Below, piece after piece: positions 13,917 to 26,251 of a DNA stretch of 64,000 nucleotides. Within the stretch, counting starts at the first letter, position 1. Each line of letters opens with the position of its first letter. Origin of the DNA: Planktothrix sp. GU0601_MAG3 (GTDB lineage Bacteria > Cyanobacteriota > Cyanobacteriia > Cyanobacteriales > Microcoleaceae); assembly GCA_035193785.1 (NCBI GenBank), contig CP136572.1, positions 1,844,578 through 1,908,577 of the forward strand. The letters run 5' to 3'. The notes beneath the pieces are model-generated. The model did not search any database. It was given only the letters and a program-made list of their open reading frames with translations, and had not been told where the DNA came from. The position numbers and the translations under genes are program-made.

Positions 13917-16704
13917 ATCAATTATCTGTTCAAATTGAAATTTCCGCACTGCTTTTGTTAAAAATTGTATTAGGGGAATTTCTGTATCTGGAATTTCTGT
14001 GGTTAATTTGATCACAATTTGGACATCGGCTTCAAGTGCTGCTTTATAAAGTTGATAAATCCAGTCCTCAGACATGACTTTGAGAGCCTCGGAGGTTAGC
14101 TGATTTTGTAATACAGGATTTAAGATCGGCTGTGTTTCGTGCAAGATATATTTGACTCCTAAATGTTTAGTTAATGCCTCAAAAATACTGGATTCGGTAA
14201 AGGGTTTTCTAATAAAATCATCACATCCAGCCGAGAGAATAATGGCTTTTTCTTCTTCTAATACACTAGCCGTTAAAGCAATAATAGCGGTAGCATTACC
14301 TTTAGTTGTAGATTTAATAAACTTAGTCGCTTCATAGCCATTCATTACGGGCATTCGCATATCCATGAAGATTACATGGGGTTCCCATTCATCCCAAATG
14401 GCGATCGCTTCTTGGCCGTTACTGGCTTCTTTGATCTCAAATCCCAACGGACTAAGTAACTGAATTAATAATTTACAATTAATTGGTTTATCATCCACTA
14501 CAAGGATTTTGTAAGTCAGTTGACCGGGAGCAATTCCTATGACTCTTAGATTGTTTTCTTTACCCATGCTGACGGTTTCTTGACCTAATTTTACCTGAAT
14601 ATAAAAATCGAAAGTTGTACCCTTTCCTAATTCACTTTTAACGAAAATTTCTCCCCCCATCAGTTGGATAAATTTCCGACTAATGGCTAATCCTAAACCC
14701 GTTCCTTCTTGGGATTCTTTTCCAGCTTGAGCTTGGGTAAAGGCTTCAAATAGTTTGGGTAATTCTGAGGGGGAAATGCCTACTCCAGTATCCTGAATAC
14801 AAAAATGCAGATTAAAAATATCTCCGGTCTCTTGATCTCCTCTAAAAATAGATAGAATAATTTGACCCTCTCGGGTAAATTTGATTGAATTACTTAGTAA
14901 ATTGATCATCACCTGACGGAGTTTGACTTCATCAGTATAAATATAGCGAGGGACATTTTTATGGCGATGGAAAAGCAAGTTTAAGCTCGCATTGATAGCG
15001 CGTAAATGTAGCATATTTTCTAAATCATTCAGCAATTGATACAAATCAAATTCTCTGGAATTAACGGTTTCTTTACCGGATTCAATTTTTGATAAATCCA
15101 GAATATTATTAATTAATGTCAGCAGGTAATTGCCACTATTATAAATAATTTCGGCATTTTCATAATGCTCAGAAGGGATCTCTTTAGAGCGCAATATCAA
15201 TTGAGAAAAACCTAAAATTGCATTCATCGGCGATCGCAATTCATGGCTCATATTGGCAATAAAGGTACTTTTGGCTTGATTGGCAACTTCCGCTTTTTCC
15301 TTGGCAATTTCTAATTCGGCCGTTCGTTCATGCACCCGATTTTCTAAGGTTTCAAATGAGGTTTTTAACTGAATTGCCATACTATTAAAAGAATCAGTCA
15401 AGGTTTCTAACTCGGCAATGCTTTGGGTTTCTATAATTTGACTTCCTAGATTATTTTCTCTGGTCAAATCCTGCCATTCACCCTTGGCAATTGCCTGACT
15501 CACTTGATTTAAGCGTAGAATGGGATGAGAAATCCATCGAGCGGTCAGAATACCAATTCCTGTGGCGACCAGTAGAGTAATAACAGAAAGTAAAACAGTT
15601 AGTTTCCTATTGGCGTTAATTTCTACCATCAAATCAGAGTCGGGAATAATTGCCACCACCAACCAATCTAAACCATATTTATCTTGGTAGGGACTAACCT
15701 GAACAAAGAGCATTTTTCCCTCAAAAGGGACTTGTAATCGAATATTTTGAGAAATCCTTTGAAAATCGCCATATTGTTGTTGAATTTTATGGGCGATTGT
15801 CCTTGTCCAAGCATCTTTACTTTGAATCGCAGGTAAGCGAATTGGGATTCCTTTGTTATCCTTCAGACAGGGAGTTTCTAGGGTTGAAGTTGCAACTAAA
15901 TCACCGCCATGATCAATAATAAATGTTTGTCCTGAAGGCGAAAATTTTAGATTATTTAAAAATGTACTAATTCCATCTAAAGTTATGCCACTATTAAAAA
16001 CACCTTGAAATTTTCTCTGAGCATCATAAACTGGAACAATGGCACTCAGCCCCAAGAGTAATGGGGCTTTATAAACATAAATCTGCGACCAAGTTTGTCC
16101 TCTAGCTACCTTTCCCTCCCTATACCAAGCCGTTTCCCTTGTATCTACTGATGCCTGAAATTTCAATAATTTTTGACTTTCACCTCGAGAATCCAATAAA
16201 TAGAATTTACGTTTATTAATTTCTGGGAAACCTATTTTCTTGAAAAAATACTATCCCTTTTTGCAGGTTTTCTCCAGTTAGCCGACGCGACACAGCCAAA
16301 AATTCTGGACTGAGAATGCGCTGATAGGAGATCATTTCTCCTTGAGTATTGGCAAACATATTCAATGTGAGATGGGGAGACAAATTGATCTGTTGCCAAA
16401 AATACTGACGCAGGGATTCAAAGTTATTCAGGCTAATCACACCCTGTTGGAAAGCCTGATAATTAACTGCTACGGTTTGCTGTTGAATTTGCAGGGAGTG
16501 ATCGAGGTGATCTTTAATTCGATTTTCTGCCTGATTCATCACCTGATTTGCCAGGTTTTCTACGGCTTTCTGCCCACTTCTATAGGAAAGATAGCCAACC
16601 AGTCCTACAGCCCCCACAATTTGCAACACAAAGGGGATAATTAATACCAATCTCAGAGGAATTTGTCTGATTTTTTGGGGTCTACTGGGATGCCAGTCAA
16701 TCAT
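13887..16704 (-). CDS. Hybrid sensor histidine kinase (TM-Cache-like-TM-HAMP-HisKA-HATPase-REC), frameshift at 16227
   Basis: MSHELRSP H-box, NSIKFT, DTGVG, GTGLGL and receiver FMDMRMP. Start taken at the ATG at 16704. Confidence 0.85.
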
Positions 16705-16712
16705 TACCGAGT

Positions 16713-16883
16713 TTAACCCCCCCAATATAAAAGTCCGATCGCACAATCAAATTCAATACTTTCTAAGGCGATCGCATTTCCAAGTATATACCCGTAATAA
16801 TACCACATTTTACCTTCTCCTCGACAAAAAAATTCAACGGAGATAGATTCAGAATCAACTAAAACATATTGTTTCAAACTCAA
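16713..16883 (-). pseudogene. C-terminal remnant of a Uma2-family (PD-(D/E)xK) endonuclease
   Basis: Translates to LSLKQYVLVDSESISVEFFCRGEGKMWYYYGYILGNAIALESIEFDCAIGLLYWGG*, which resembles cyanobacterial Uma2 C-termini. No N-terminal part found. Confidence 0.55.
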
Positions 16884-17155
16884 CGCTAACAATAATATTT
16901 TGGTCTTTTCGGGCGATTAAATATAATCAAGATAGCGTCGCTTATATGAATTATATTTAGGAAAATTAATTTCTTAGTATTCCGGTTTAATTTGTGTTTT
17001 CCGTTTAAAACAGAATAAATCACGCAATTCCTGTGTTTTTCATCACCCACGACCCCTGATCAAGCTCACAATTGGATCGGGATGATATCACGGTAAATCC
17101 TAATTGAGAATGGCACAATTTTAAATATAAGGCTAAGTCTTTGGAGTGCTAACCT

Positions 17156-17281
17156 ATGGCAACTCAACTTTCCGCAAAAGAACTGCGCCCCAACCCCTTC
17201 ATCGCCTACCGTGATCCCCAAACAGGAAAATGGATTGTTGTGCAACCTGAAGCTAAGGACGTTGAGGCAGCAGCCACATAG
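17156..17281 (+). CDS. Small 41-aa protein, not in the ORF track
   Basis: GGAG at 17143, then MATQLSAKELRPNPFIAYRDPQTGKWIVVQPEAKDVEAAAT*. Confidence 0.55.
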   Translation: MATQLSAKELRPNPFIAYRDPQTGKWIVVQPEAKDVEAAAT

Positions 17282-17654
17282 AGGATAACAAGGTTTAAGG
17301 GAAAAAACTTTCTGGGTCGTGGGCTATTCTGAAAGGATGGCAACTCGATACACCATCCCACCCATCGTTAACCTTGTTTTCCTGTCTTCCTCAGTGTGAT
17401 CTCGATTTTGTCCCGATTCCCGATCCACCCACCAGAAACGACTAAAACCCTAGATAATTTTTACCTACGGGAACGACAGGCTGTGCCACTCTCCAAATCT
17501 ATCTAATGCACCCTGGAACTTTAGCTTAATCTGTTGGATCGAGTTGTGTCAATAGGTTGACTCAGAACTGGTCTAGTTTAAATAGTGTCACACTCCCCTG
17601 TATTCGCCGGAGTAAATATCGCTAAAGTAAAAACATCGAGTTAAATTTTTAACC

Positions 17655-17984
17655 ATGAAATCCCATCTGACTTTAACAACTTTTGAATCTACTGCCAGTT
17701 TCGCTAACTCCTGTGATAGTTCCTTGAGTATTTCGGATTTGCAAAAAATCATTAACAAGATTGAAACTTTCACTGGAGATGAATGGCTTTCGTTGTGTCC
17801 TGATATCGATCAGGGAGAATTCTATCGGGAATGGTTTATCTGTTATGATCCTGAAGTAACTCAAACTTGGGAAGCCTACGATTATTTAACTGATGATTGG
17901 TTTGAATCCCAAGATTTATCCCAAGTTAAAGCAATTATTGATCGGATTGAAAATGCCAGAATCTATATCCCTATTGCCGCTTAA
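17655..17984 (+). CDS. Hypothetical acidic protein, 109 aa
   Basis: ATG-started ORF followed by a palindromic terminator-like site. Confidence 0.6.
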   Translation: MKSHLTLTTFESTASFANSCDSSLSISDLQKIINKIETFTGDEWLSLCPDIDQGEFYREWFICYDPEVTQTWEAYDYLTDDWFESQDLSQVKAIIDRIENARIYIPIAA

Positions 17985-18026
17985 TTTTTGCTGTTTCTTA
18001 ACTGTAAAATCCTATGATAATTCCCC

Positions 18027-18044
18027 AGGGGCTAATTAGCCCCT
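18027..18044. terminator. Palindromic hairpin between convergent genes
   Basis: AGGGGCTAATTAGCCCCT is a perfect 18-bp palindrome followed by a T-rich tract. Confidence 0.55.
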
Positions 18045-18070
18045 ATATTTTTGAGAACTAATTTTTATAG

Positions 18071-18103
18071 TAGGGAACAGGGAATAGGGAATAGCGAATA
18101 GGG
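18071..18103. repeat. STRR-type heptamer repeat (GGGAATA-like)
   Basis: agggaacag ggaataggga atagcgaata ggg. Confidence 0.6.
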
Positions 18104-18141
18104 ATCAGTATTAGTCCTAACTGCCAAGCGCAACAGCTATA

Positions 18142-19288
18142 TTATGAATTAACGCCAACGGATTGCGATTTTTCTAAAGTAGGATAATCGGTATAACCTT
18201 TTTCTGTACCTCCATAAAATGAAGACCGATCATAGGGATTTAATGGCGCATTGATCTCAAAACGTTTCGGTAAATCGGGATTAGAAATAAATAACCGCCC
18301 ATAGGCAATTAGATCGGCATTTCCAGAAGCGATCGCTTGATTTCCACTCTCTCGATTATGGGCTCCGGCGGAGATAATTGCCCCCTTAAAATAGTTACGG
18401 AAAAATCCAGAACTTAATTCGGCTAAAGGAATTTCTGCTTGATCTATTTTTGCCCAATTATTCAGGGCATCGGCATTTGATCGCGGTTCAACAATATGTA
18501 AATAAGCCAGATTAAATTGATTTAAAGCATTAGCTACATAACTAAAGGTTGCTACGGGATTAGAATCTGAGACACTATTAAATGTACCCGCCGGAGATAG
18601 TCTCACCCCGACGCGATCGCTTCCCCAAACACCTACCACCGCCCTCGTTACTTCTAATAAAAACCGAGTTCTATTTTCAAGTGTACCACCATACCGATCG
18701 GTGCGTTTGTTAGTGCCATCTTGAAGAAATTGATCTAATAAATAGCCATTAGCACTATGGATTTCCACCCCATCAAAACCCGCATTTAAAGCGTTTTCCG
18801 CCGCCTTGCGATAGTCTTCTACGATCCCAGGAATTTCCTCGGTTTCCAGAGCCCGGGGGGTAACAAAGGGTTTTTCCCCTTCTAGGGTACTGGCGGTTCC
18901 TTCGGGGGCGATGGCGGAGGGGGCTACGGGTAAGGCTCCATTGGGTTGTAGCAAGGGATGGGAAATCCGGCCAACGTGCCAGAGTTGTAGGAAAATCCGG
19001 CCTCCCTGTTGGTGAAACTGCTTTGGTTACGAGTTTCCAGCCTTGGGTCTGTTCGGCTGAATGAATCCCAGGTGTGCCTGGGTAGCCTACTCCCTGGGGG
19101 GAAATTTGGGTGGCTTCAGAAATTATTAATCCCGCCGAGGCCCGTTGTCCATAATATTCGGCGTTGAGGGGGACGGGGACGTTTCCGGCTCCGGCGCGGT
19201 TTCGGGTTAGTGGGGCCATCACAAGGCGGTTTGGTAAGGTATAGCGACCCAATTGGAAGGAGGAAAATAGGTTGAATTGACTGTTCAT
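18142..19288 (-). CDS. Old yellow enzyme / alkene reductase, NemA-like (frameshift at 19014)
   Basis: NRLVMAPLTRNRA, GFDGVEIHSANGYLLDQF and NPDLP motifs. Confidence 0.9.
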
Positions 19289-19482
19289 TATGTTTTTTTG
19301 CCCCAGGGTTGGTTTAGTAGTTAAATAACTGTTTAATTGTTAGAATAAGACATTTCTCCCAAAAAGTCAAGCGGTTGTTAAACTATTTAAGTTTGGGTTC
19401 CCAGGGGTTAGAATGGGGATAATACAGCATCCGTGTCAAGTGGTTGATACCGATGGAAATATGGCCCTACTTTAAAACCATT

Positions 19483-19812
19483 ATGTCCGACTCCTGCGAA
19501 AATCTCGATACCTATTCACCTTTAACCGTAACTATCAGTGATACGGAGAAACGAGCTAAAATCTTTGCTGCTTTGGGTGATCCAACGAGATTGCGAATAA
19601 TTGAGATGTTAGCACGGCAAAAGGAAATGAGTGGCTCTGAGGTGGCATCCCAGGCCGGAATTAGTTTGGCTTTGTTTTGTCACCATTCTAAAATCTTAGC
19701 AGAAGCGGGATTAATTCAAATTAGAAAAGACGGACAAACCAAGTATAATTCGATTAATTGGAATGTCTTGGAGGGGTGTTTTCAAGGGTTAATGCGGTCG
19801 GAATCAAAATAG
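19483..19812 (+). CDS. ArsR/SmtB-family transcriptional regulator
   Basis: FAALGDPTRLRI...HHSKILAEAGLI winged HTH; divergent from the OYE gene. Confidence 0.85.
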   Translation: MSDSCENLDTYSPLTVTISDTEKRAKIFAALGDPTRLRIIEMLARQKEMSGSEVASQAGISLALFCHHSKILAEAGLIQIRKDGQTKYNSINWNVLEGCFQGLMRSESK

Positions 19813-19824
19813 GAGTAATAAGGC

Positions 19825-21108
19825 TTACGGCTCAAGGATCACGACGCGGCTTATTTCCTGTTCCTTGCCATAACTGATTTCCTGATATAAAGGCAAGGTA
19901 ATGATAAAATCACTTCCCTCTCCCACCTCAGAAGTACAGGTTAGGGTTCCCCGATGTTTATCAACAATAATAGCATAGGTGATTGCTAATCCTAAACCCG
20001 TACCTTGTCCCACAGGTTTTGTGGTAAAAAACTGGTCAAAACTGCGACGGAGAACTTCCGGGGACATCCCAATTCCATTGTCACCAATATCAATCATTAA
20101 TTGGGATTTATCGGTGTTGGGTTCAATTTTAATAGTAATTTTGGGGACAAATTCCTCCTCTGGGATGGGTTGATTTTTTAACATTGTGACCTTACTCTCG
20201 ATCGCATCAATAGCATTATTAAATAAGTGAATAAAAACCTGATTAATTTCACTAGCATAGCATTCAATAGTCGATAATTTATCGTAGTCTCGAATCACTT
20301 GAATTTCAGGACGATGGGAAGTCGGTTTGAAGCGATGACTTAACAGCATTAATGTACTTTCAATTCCTTCTCTGAGGTCTACGGTTTTTAATTGTGCTTC
20401 ATCCAGTCGAGAAAATACTCGCAATGATCGCACTAAATCTCGAATTCGATTTGCTCCCACCTCCATTGAGGATAAAAGGTGGGGAAGGTCATTTTTCAAA
20501 AATTCCAAATCAATTTCTTCAGACCACTGTTCAAGTTCAGGAATATTCGGTGGGAGATACTGTTCATAAAGTTTAATGGTTTTCAGTAAATCTCCTACAT
20601 ATTGTTGAGCATAAAAGATATTTCCGTAAATAAAATTAATCGGATTATTAATTTCATGGGCGACACCCCCGACTAACTGACCCAAAGAAGACATTTTTTC
20701 TGTTTGAATTAACTGAAGCTGCATTTTTCTTAATTGTAAATGCACATTAATTCGAGCTAATACTTCTTCCGGTTCGATGGGTTTAGTAATATAATCTACC
20801 CCGCCAACTTCTAACCCTTTTACTTTGTTCACCAAGTCACTCAAAGCCGTCATAAAAATCACGGGAATATCCTTAGTTTTAGGATTGTCCTTTAACTGAC
20901 GGCAAGTTTCAAACCCATCAATTCCCGGCATCATCACATCTAATAAAATTAAATCTGGTAAAGTTTCTTGAAGTTTTATTAAAGCATTTTCCCCACTTTT
21001 GGCAATGGAAACTCTAAAGCCAGATTGATTTAAAATATCCAATAATAATTTAACATTCGTTAGATTATCATCAACAATTAAAATAGAATAGGAATGGGAA
21101 TTTTTCAT
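19825..21108 (-). CDS. Receiver-histidine kinase hybrid (REC-HisKA-HATPase)
   Basis: ILLDVMMPG, VAHEINNP, DNGIG and GTGLGL. Confidence 0.9.
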   Translation of the reverse strand: MKNSHSYSILIVDDNLTNVKLLLDILNQSGFRVSIAKSGENALIKLQETLPDLILLDVMMPGIDGFETCRQLKDNPKTKDIPVIFMTALSDLVNKVKGLEVGGVDYITKPIEPEEVLARINVHLQLRKMQLQLIQTEKMSSLGQLVGGVAHEINNPINFIYGNIFYAQQYVGDLLKTIKLYEQYLPPNIPELEQWSEEIDLEFLKNDLPHLLSSMEVGANRIRDLVRSLRVFSRLDEAQLKTVDLREGIESTLMLLSHRFKPTSHRPEIQVIRDYDKLSTIECYASEINQVFIHLFNNAIDAIESKVTMLKNQPIPEEEFVPKITIKIEPNTDKSQLMIDIGDNGIGMSPEVLRRSFDQFFTTKPVGQGTGLGLAITYAIIVDKHRGTLTCTSEVGEGSDFIITLPLYQEISYGKEQEISRVVILEP

Positions 21109-21114
21109 GAATTA

Positions 21115-23897
21115 TTAATTATTAATATAAGGTTGAATAAATTGGATAATCTGTTCATCATCAAAGGCTTCAGCCAATTGAATCATATAATCGGCAAAAG
21201 CAGTATATTGAATATCTAACTGTTTAATCCGATTTGCTTCACTTTGAATGTCTAAAATGTAACCTCCCTTGGCAAAATCATACAAGCTAATCAATTCTTG
21301 AGAGGGAGGAATAATTAAGGAATTAACGGAAACAGGTGTTTTTGAGTGGTCTATTATTGGTTCTGAATTTTCATAAATCCAAGTTAATTTTAACTTTTCT
21401 TGTAGTTGACTGAATAAAATTTCCTCTTGTATGGGTTTGGCCAAAAAACCATTGCAACCCGCCTTTAAACATTCTTCCTGATCCGCACTAAATACGGAAG
21501 CGGAGGAAGCAATAATTACCAGATCGGAAAATTCGGGATCAGTTCTTAATTTTCGAGTCATGTCTAACCCTCCCAAAATGGGCATATTTAAGTCCGTAAT
21601 AATTATATCAGGATACCATTCACGCACTTTTTCTAACCCTTCTTGTCCTTGGGTGGCTTCAATGACTTCAAAACCAAGGGGTTTCTAACAAATTAACCAG
21701 AACAGATCTATTTTCCCAGCGATCATCTACAACTAAGATAATCTTTTTTTCTCCTTGATAACCGATCATTTTTCGTGAAGTTCCAATTTTCCTAATCGGT
21801 TGATCTTTGGCAATGGGTAAATTGACATCAAACCAGAATTTACTCCCAACTCCTGGAATACTTTGAACATTAATCTTGCCCGCCATCATCTCCACAATTT
21901 GATGACTAATGGCTAATCCTAATCCCGTACCTTCAGCTTTACGGGAGTGTTCTCCCACCTGTTCAAAGGGTAAAAATATTTTTTTAATTTGTTCTGTATT
22001 CATCCCGACTCCGGTATCCTCAACTTGAAATCTTATCTTATATATTGTGATGGAATCAGATTCTATTAATTCCGATAAAACCTGAACTTGAAAACAAACT
22101 GACCCGGTATCAGTAAATTTAATGGCATTACCTAATAGATTTAATAAAACTTGACGCAACCGCTTTTCATCCCCATGAATAACCCTAGGTAAAGGAGTTA
22201 AAATTTGATAATTAAATTCTAATTCTTTTTGTTCGGCTTTTAAGCGACAAACTTCACTAATTCCCCATAAACAATTTTCTAAATTAAAATCTAAGGGATA
22301 GAGTTCTAGTTTCCTGGCTTCGATTTTAGAAAAATCTAAAATATCATTAATTAGAGTTAATAAATGAGAACCACATTCATAAATAATATGGAGTCCTTGG
22401 AGATGTTTGGGAGTTAGATTTGGTTGCCGTTGTAGAATTTGAGCATAGCCTAAAATTCCATTTAAGGGAGTGCGGAGTTCATGGCTCATATTAGCCAAAA
22501 ATTCACTTTTAGATTGGTTAGCAGATTCTGCTTCTTCCTTGGCGGCTTGGAGTTGGGCGGTGCGTTCTTCTACCCGTTGTTCTAAAGTTTCATTGGAAGT
22601 GGCTAAAATAGTGAATGATTGCTGTAATTGTTGAGCCATTAGGTTAAAAGAATCTCCCAAAGTTATGATTTCTTTAATACCTTTGATCCTAATTTTTTGT
22701 CTGAGGTTGCCATTGGCAATTTCCTTAGAAGCAATACTCAAACGCATAATTTTTTGCGTAATCCAATGGGAGGTTAATAATCCAAATAGTACGGCAACTC
22801 CTACAGCAATCAAACAAAGAATAACGGTTTTTTGAGTATTGGCATTAATTTGACCCATGAAATCAGATTCGGGAATCACCACCACAATTAGCCAATCCAA
22901 ACCCCAAGGATCTTTCCAAGGACTAATTTTAACAAATTGATCTTGATTATTAATGGAAATTTGTAAAGAATGCTCCTCAACTATGGAGCCAACCTGACCT
23001 AATTTTTGAGTTAAAGCCTTAAAAGTTTCTCGAATAATGACATCTTGACTTTCCGCTGCACTGAGCCGTTTTGCCACACCCTCTACCATTTTATAAGGCG
23101 GTTTGGAGGATGAAACTAGCCACCAAAAGTCCATTCCTTTCTAAAATAAAGGTATGTCCAGATTCCCCCATGTTTAAATTTTTTAAAAACCCACTAATTT
23201 GCGATAAACGTAAATTAGAAACCAGAACGGCGATTAAATCATTTTGAGCATTATAGAGGGGATAACTCGCAGAAATAGAAATAATATCAGGAAAATTATC
23301 CCAGTGATAAATTTGACTCCAAATCGGTTTTTTTGCCTTAATTGCATCGGTATAGGCGGCTTCACTGCGAGGATTATAGTCATCATAGGAGACCATCAAT
23401 TGAGTCCGATTGCCCTGGGCATCTGTGGCGTAGGTATTGGCTCGACCTTCGGTTTTAGGAGAAAGTTCATCAATAGTAGCCTTATTCACATCTAAAAAAT
23501 ATCCGGCTCCGGCATATTCTCCCGAGGGTAATACATAATAAACATAACCCACATCAAAGGCTTGAAGTTGTTTCCAAAAATACTGACTAACCTGTGGAAA
23601 ATTTTGCAGATCCAAGAGTCCTAATTTCACCGCATCTGCATTAATTTGATTGATTTTATGGGGTGTAGAAAGATAATTATTTAAGTGTTGTTCCACCCGG
23701 GAACTGATTTCATTTTCGATTTCTTGGGCTAGTTCCTTAATCGCTTTTTCTCCATGACGGAAGGCTAACCAACCTGTTAAACCGACAGCAATAGAAATTT
23801 CTAATAAAAAGGGAATAACCAGCACCCAACTCAGGGGTATTCCTGGGGATTTATGCGCTCTACGAAACAGGGGAAATAATGATAATCTCATATTCAA
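21115..23897 (-). CDS. Hybrid sensor kinase (dCache-like-HAMP-HisKA-HATPase-REC), frameshifts at 23112 and 21681
   Basis: Three ORFs join after single-base deletions; [14 protein letters not shown] and TDLNMP. Confidence 0.85.
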
Positions 23898-23944
23898 TTG
23901 GGTGGTAATTTTAGGAGCAAACTGGAGTCATAAAAACAGTTAGC

Positions 23945-24511
23945 TTAAGGAGAATTTTGCCATTCTGGTGTTAAGCTGCGAAAGTCAAATTGCGATGCAC
24001 CCGGATGACAACTCACACAACTATTCACCGTCAGACGTTGGGAAAGATCAACCCGAGGATGGAGGGCTTTAAAATAACGAGAACGATTAAAAAGATAGGG
24101 GATGGTCTCATCCTTGAAAGCAATGGGACGGGAATAGGTTTGGAGATATTTCCACATTAATAATAATGATGGCCCCTCCAAGGGTTGCAGCGTCGCACCA
24201 TAATGTTGTCGATCTTGAATTACCTGCTGCCAAGTTTGGGTGGGAAATACCTGGGGTGGGATAGCAATATGACAGTTGGAACAGGTGTTAAGATAAAGTT
24301 CATGTCCGAGTGCTGTTCTAGGTGGGATATTGTCCACACTCGCGATTTGACTTATTTGGGAAACCTGGTTTCTGTTGGGGGAAACAGCATTCAGGGTTTG
24401 TGCCATACCCAAGGCAATACCGATACTCCAGATACCGACTATTAGAATTAATACCCAGGAAGGAGAGCCTCCCTTTTGTTTTTGAATTCTGTTTTGACTT
24501 AAAAAACCCAT
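23945..24511 (-). CDS. Diheme cytochrome c (DHC family)
   Basis: N-terminal TM/signal segment and two CxxCH motifs (CSNCH, CVSCH). Confidence 0.8.
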   Translation of the reverse strand: MGFLSQNRIQKQKGGSPSWVLILIVGIWSIGIALGMAQTLNAVSPNRNQVSQISQIASVDNIPPRTALGHELYLNTCSNCHIAIPPQVFPTQTWQQVIQDRQHYGATLQPLEGPSLLLMWKYLQTYSRPIAFKDETIPYLFNRSRYFKALHPRVDLSQRLTVNSCVSCHPGASQFDFRSLTPEWQNSP

Positions 24512-24583
24512 AACTAAGACCAATTATCTGGCAACACCACTGAAATCCTAGCTCAGATTCGTACTGTCTTTGGAGAATTTCAG

Positions 24584-25493
24584 TTAATCTAAGTTGAGGA
24601 TCATCCCTTCGCGGGCAACAATACCATTGGGAAAAACAGCCTGAACCTGGACTTCAATTTGATTCAACATTTCATCGGTATGGGATGGATCATGTTGATA
24701 CATAACCACCTGCTTGACTCCGGCTTTTTTGGCGACTTCTACGCCCATTTCCCAGGTGGAATGTCCCCAACCAATTCTAGGCAATTGGTGATTGTGATAT
24801 TCTTCGTTGGTATAGGTGGCATCATAAATAAAAACATCCGCTTCCCTAGCTAGACGTAAAACATTGGTATCAAAGCGGTCGGGAAAATGTTCGGTGTCGG
24901 TACAATAAACCGCCGTCTTTCCTTGCCAAGTAACTCGATATCCTACCGCCCCATTGGGATGATTCAGAGGGGCAGTTTCAATTTTGATATCATCTAAAGT
25001 TAATGTATCCCCCGGAAATAGGTCATAGAACCTCATGTCCGACTGCATGACATGGATGGGGACGGGAAAATTGGGGTGAAACCATCTGATCACAGAGACG
25101 ATCTTTGATGGTACTGCCATCCGGTGCGATCGCCCCGTAAATATGAAAGCGATTAATCGGAATAAAAGCGGGAACAAAAAAGGGAAATCCCTGGATATGA
25201 TCCCAATGGGTATGGGAAAAAAACATATAGGCTTCCACGGGCATTTGTTTGAGCAAATCCATTCCCAAGACTCTCAATCCGGTACCCGCATCAAAAATTA
25301 GGCGTTTTTCACCTAAGCGCATTTCCACACAGGAAGTGTTCCCCCCGTATTCAACCGTTTGCGATCCAGGCGTGGGTATACTGCCCCGCACCCCCCAGAA
25401 TCTTACGGAAAAATCAGTTGCAGAGTTCTTGTCCATGGGGGTTGCTTGATCAGAAGAATGTGGGTTCTGGGCTGGAGGATCAGAAACTGGCAT
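24584..25493 (-). CDS. MBL-fold metallo-hydrolase (frameshift at 25078)
   Basis: FWGVRGS, DAGTG, SHTHWDH and GWGHS. Confidence 0.85.
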
Positions 25494-25790
25494 TGTTTGT
25501 TTTAGCCTTGGACGTAGAACGTTGACTTAACCGACACCAACATCAAGTGAAGTGTCAGCCTGGGCTTTGAATGGCCCTGTATTCTTTCGGGGACTCCCCT
25601 GCGCCCTAAAGAGCATATTCAATTTCTTTATTTCTATCCGCCCTCAGAGTCAAAGGGTTTCAAGATTCCCTGATTTTTTAAGCAAGTTAGTTAGGGGGAG
25701 TGCCATGTTGTACTGCGGGTATATTCGGCAGTACAGATGGGTCAACAACCTGTTGCATTCTATCACGGAGCTAAACTAGCTAAACTAATT

Positions 25791-26150
25791 TTAGCCTCGA
25801 ATTTCCACAATGCAATTATTCTCATTCACGAAGACCAATCTAGGTTGATGATTAGTTGCTTCCTCGGTCTGGAATTGTGCATAGGACATCACAATTAAGC
25901 GATCGCCCACAACACCTAAACGAGCGGCGGCACCATTTAATTCGATCGCCCCGGAGTTGGCCATACCTGGAATCACATAGGTAATAAACCTTTCTCCGTT
26001 AGCCACATTTACGACGTGTACCTGTTCATTAACCAAGATTCCAGCCGCATCGAGTAGGGATTGATCAATGGTGATACTGCCCACATAGTTAACATTGGCT
26101 GCGGTCAGAGTACAGTTATGAATCTTAGCGGTTAGTAGTGTTCGGTACAT
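25791..26150 (-). CDS. panD: Aspartate 1-decarboxylase
   Basis: [11 protein letters not shown] (self-cleavage GS) and LNGAAAR. Confidence 0.93.
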   Translation of the reverse strand: MYRTLLTAKIHNCTLTAANVNYVGSITIDQSLLDAAGILVNEQVHVVNVANGERFITYVIPGMANSGAIELNGAAARLGVVGDRLIVMSYAQFQTEEATNHQPRLVFVNENNCIVEIRG

Positions 26151-26159
26151 CTTAAACAA

Positions 26160-26251
26160 TTATGAATTACGAATTAATAATTACGATAAGACAAAATTCG
26201 TAATTCGTAATTCGTAACTCGTAATTAATTTCGTAATTTGTAATTCATAAT
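26160..26251. repeat. Heptamer repeats (TTCGTAA/TTACGAA) in inverted arrangement
   Basis: ttatgaattacgaatt...aattcgtaattcgtaattcgtaactcgtaatt...tgtaattcataa. Confidence 0.7.

Noticed and set aside
17046..17426. Retron msr-msd
   Set aside because: Inverted repeats are present, but there is no reverse transcriptase in the window.
25552..25779. 75-aa ORF between the MBL gene and panD
   Set aside because: No motif or SD; more likely promoter sequence.
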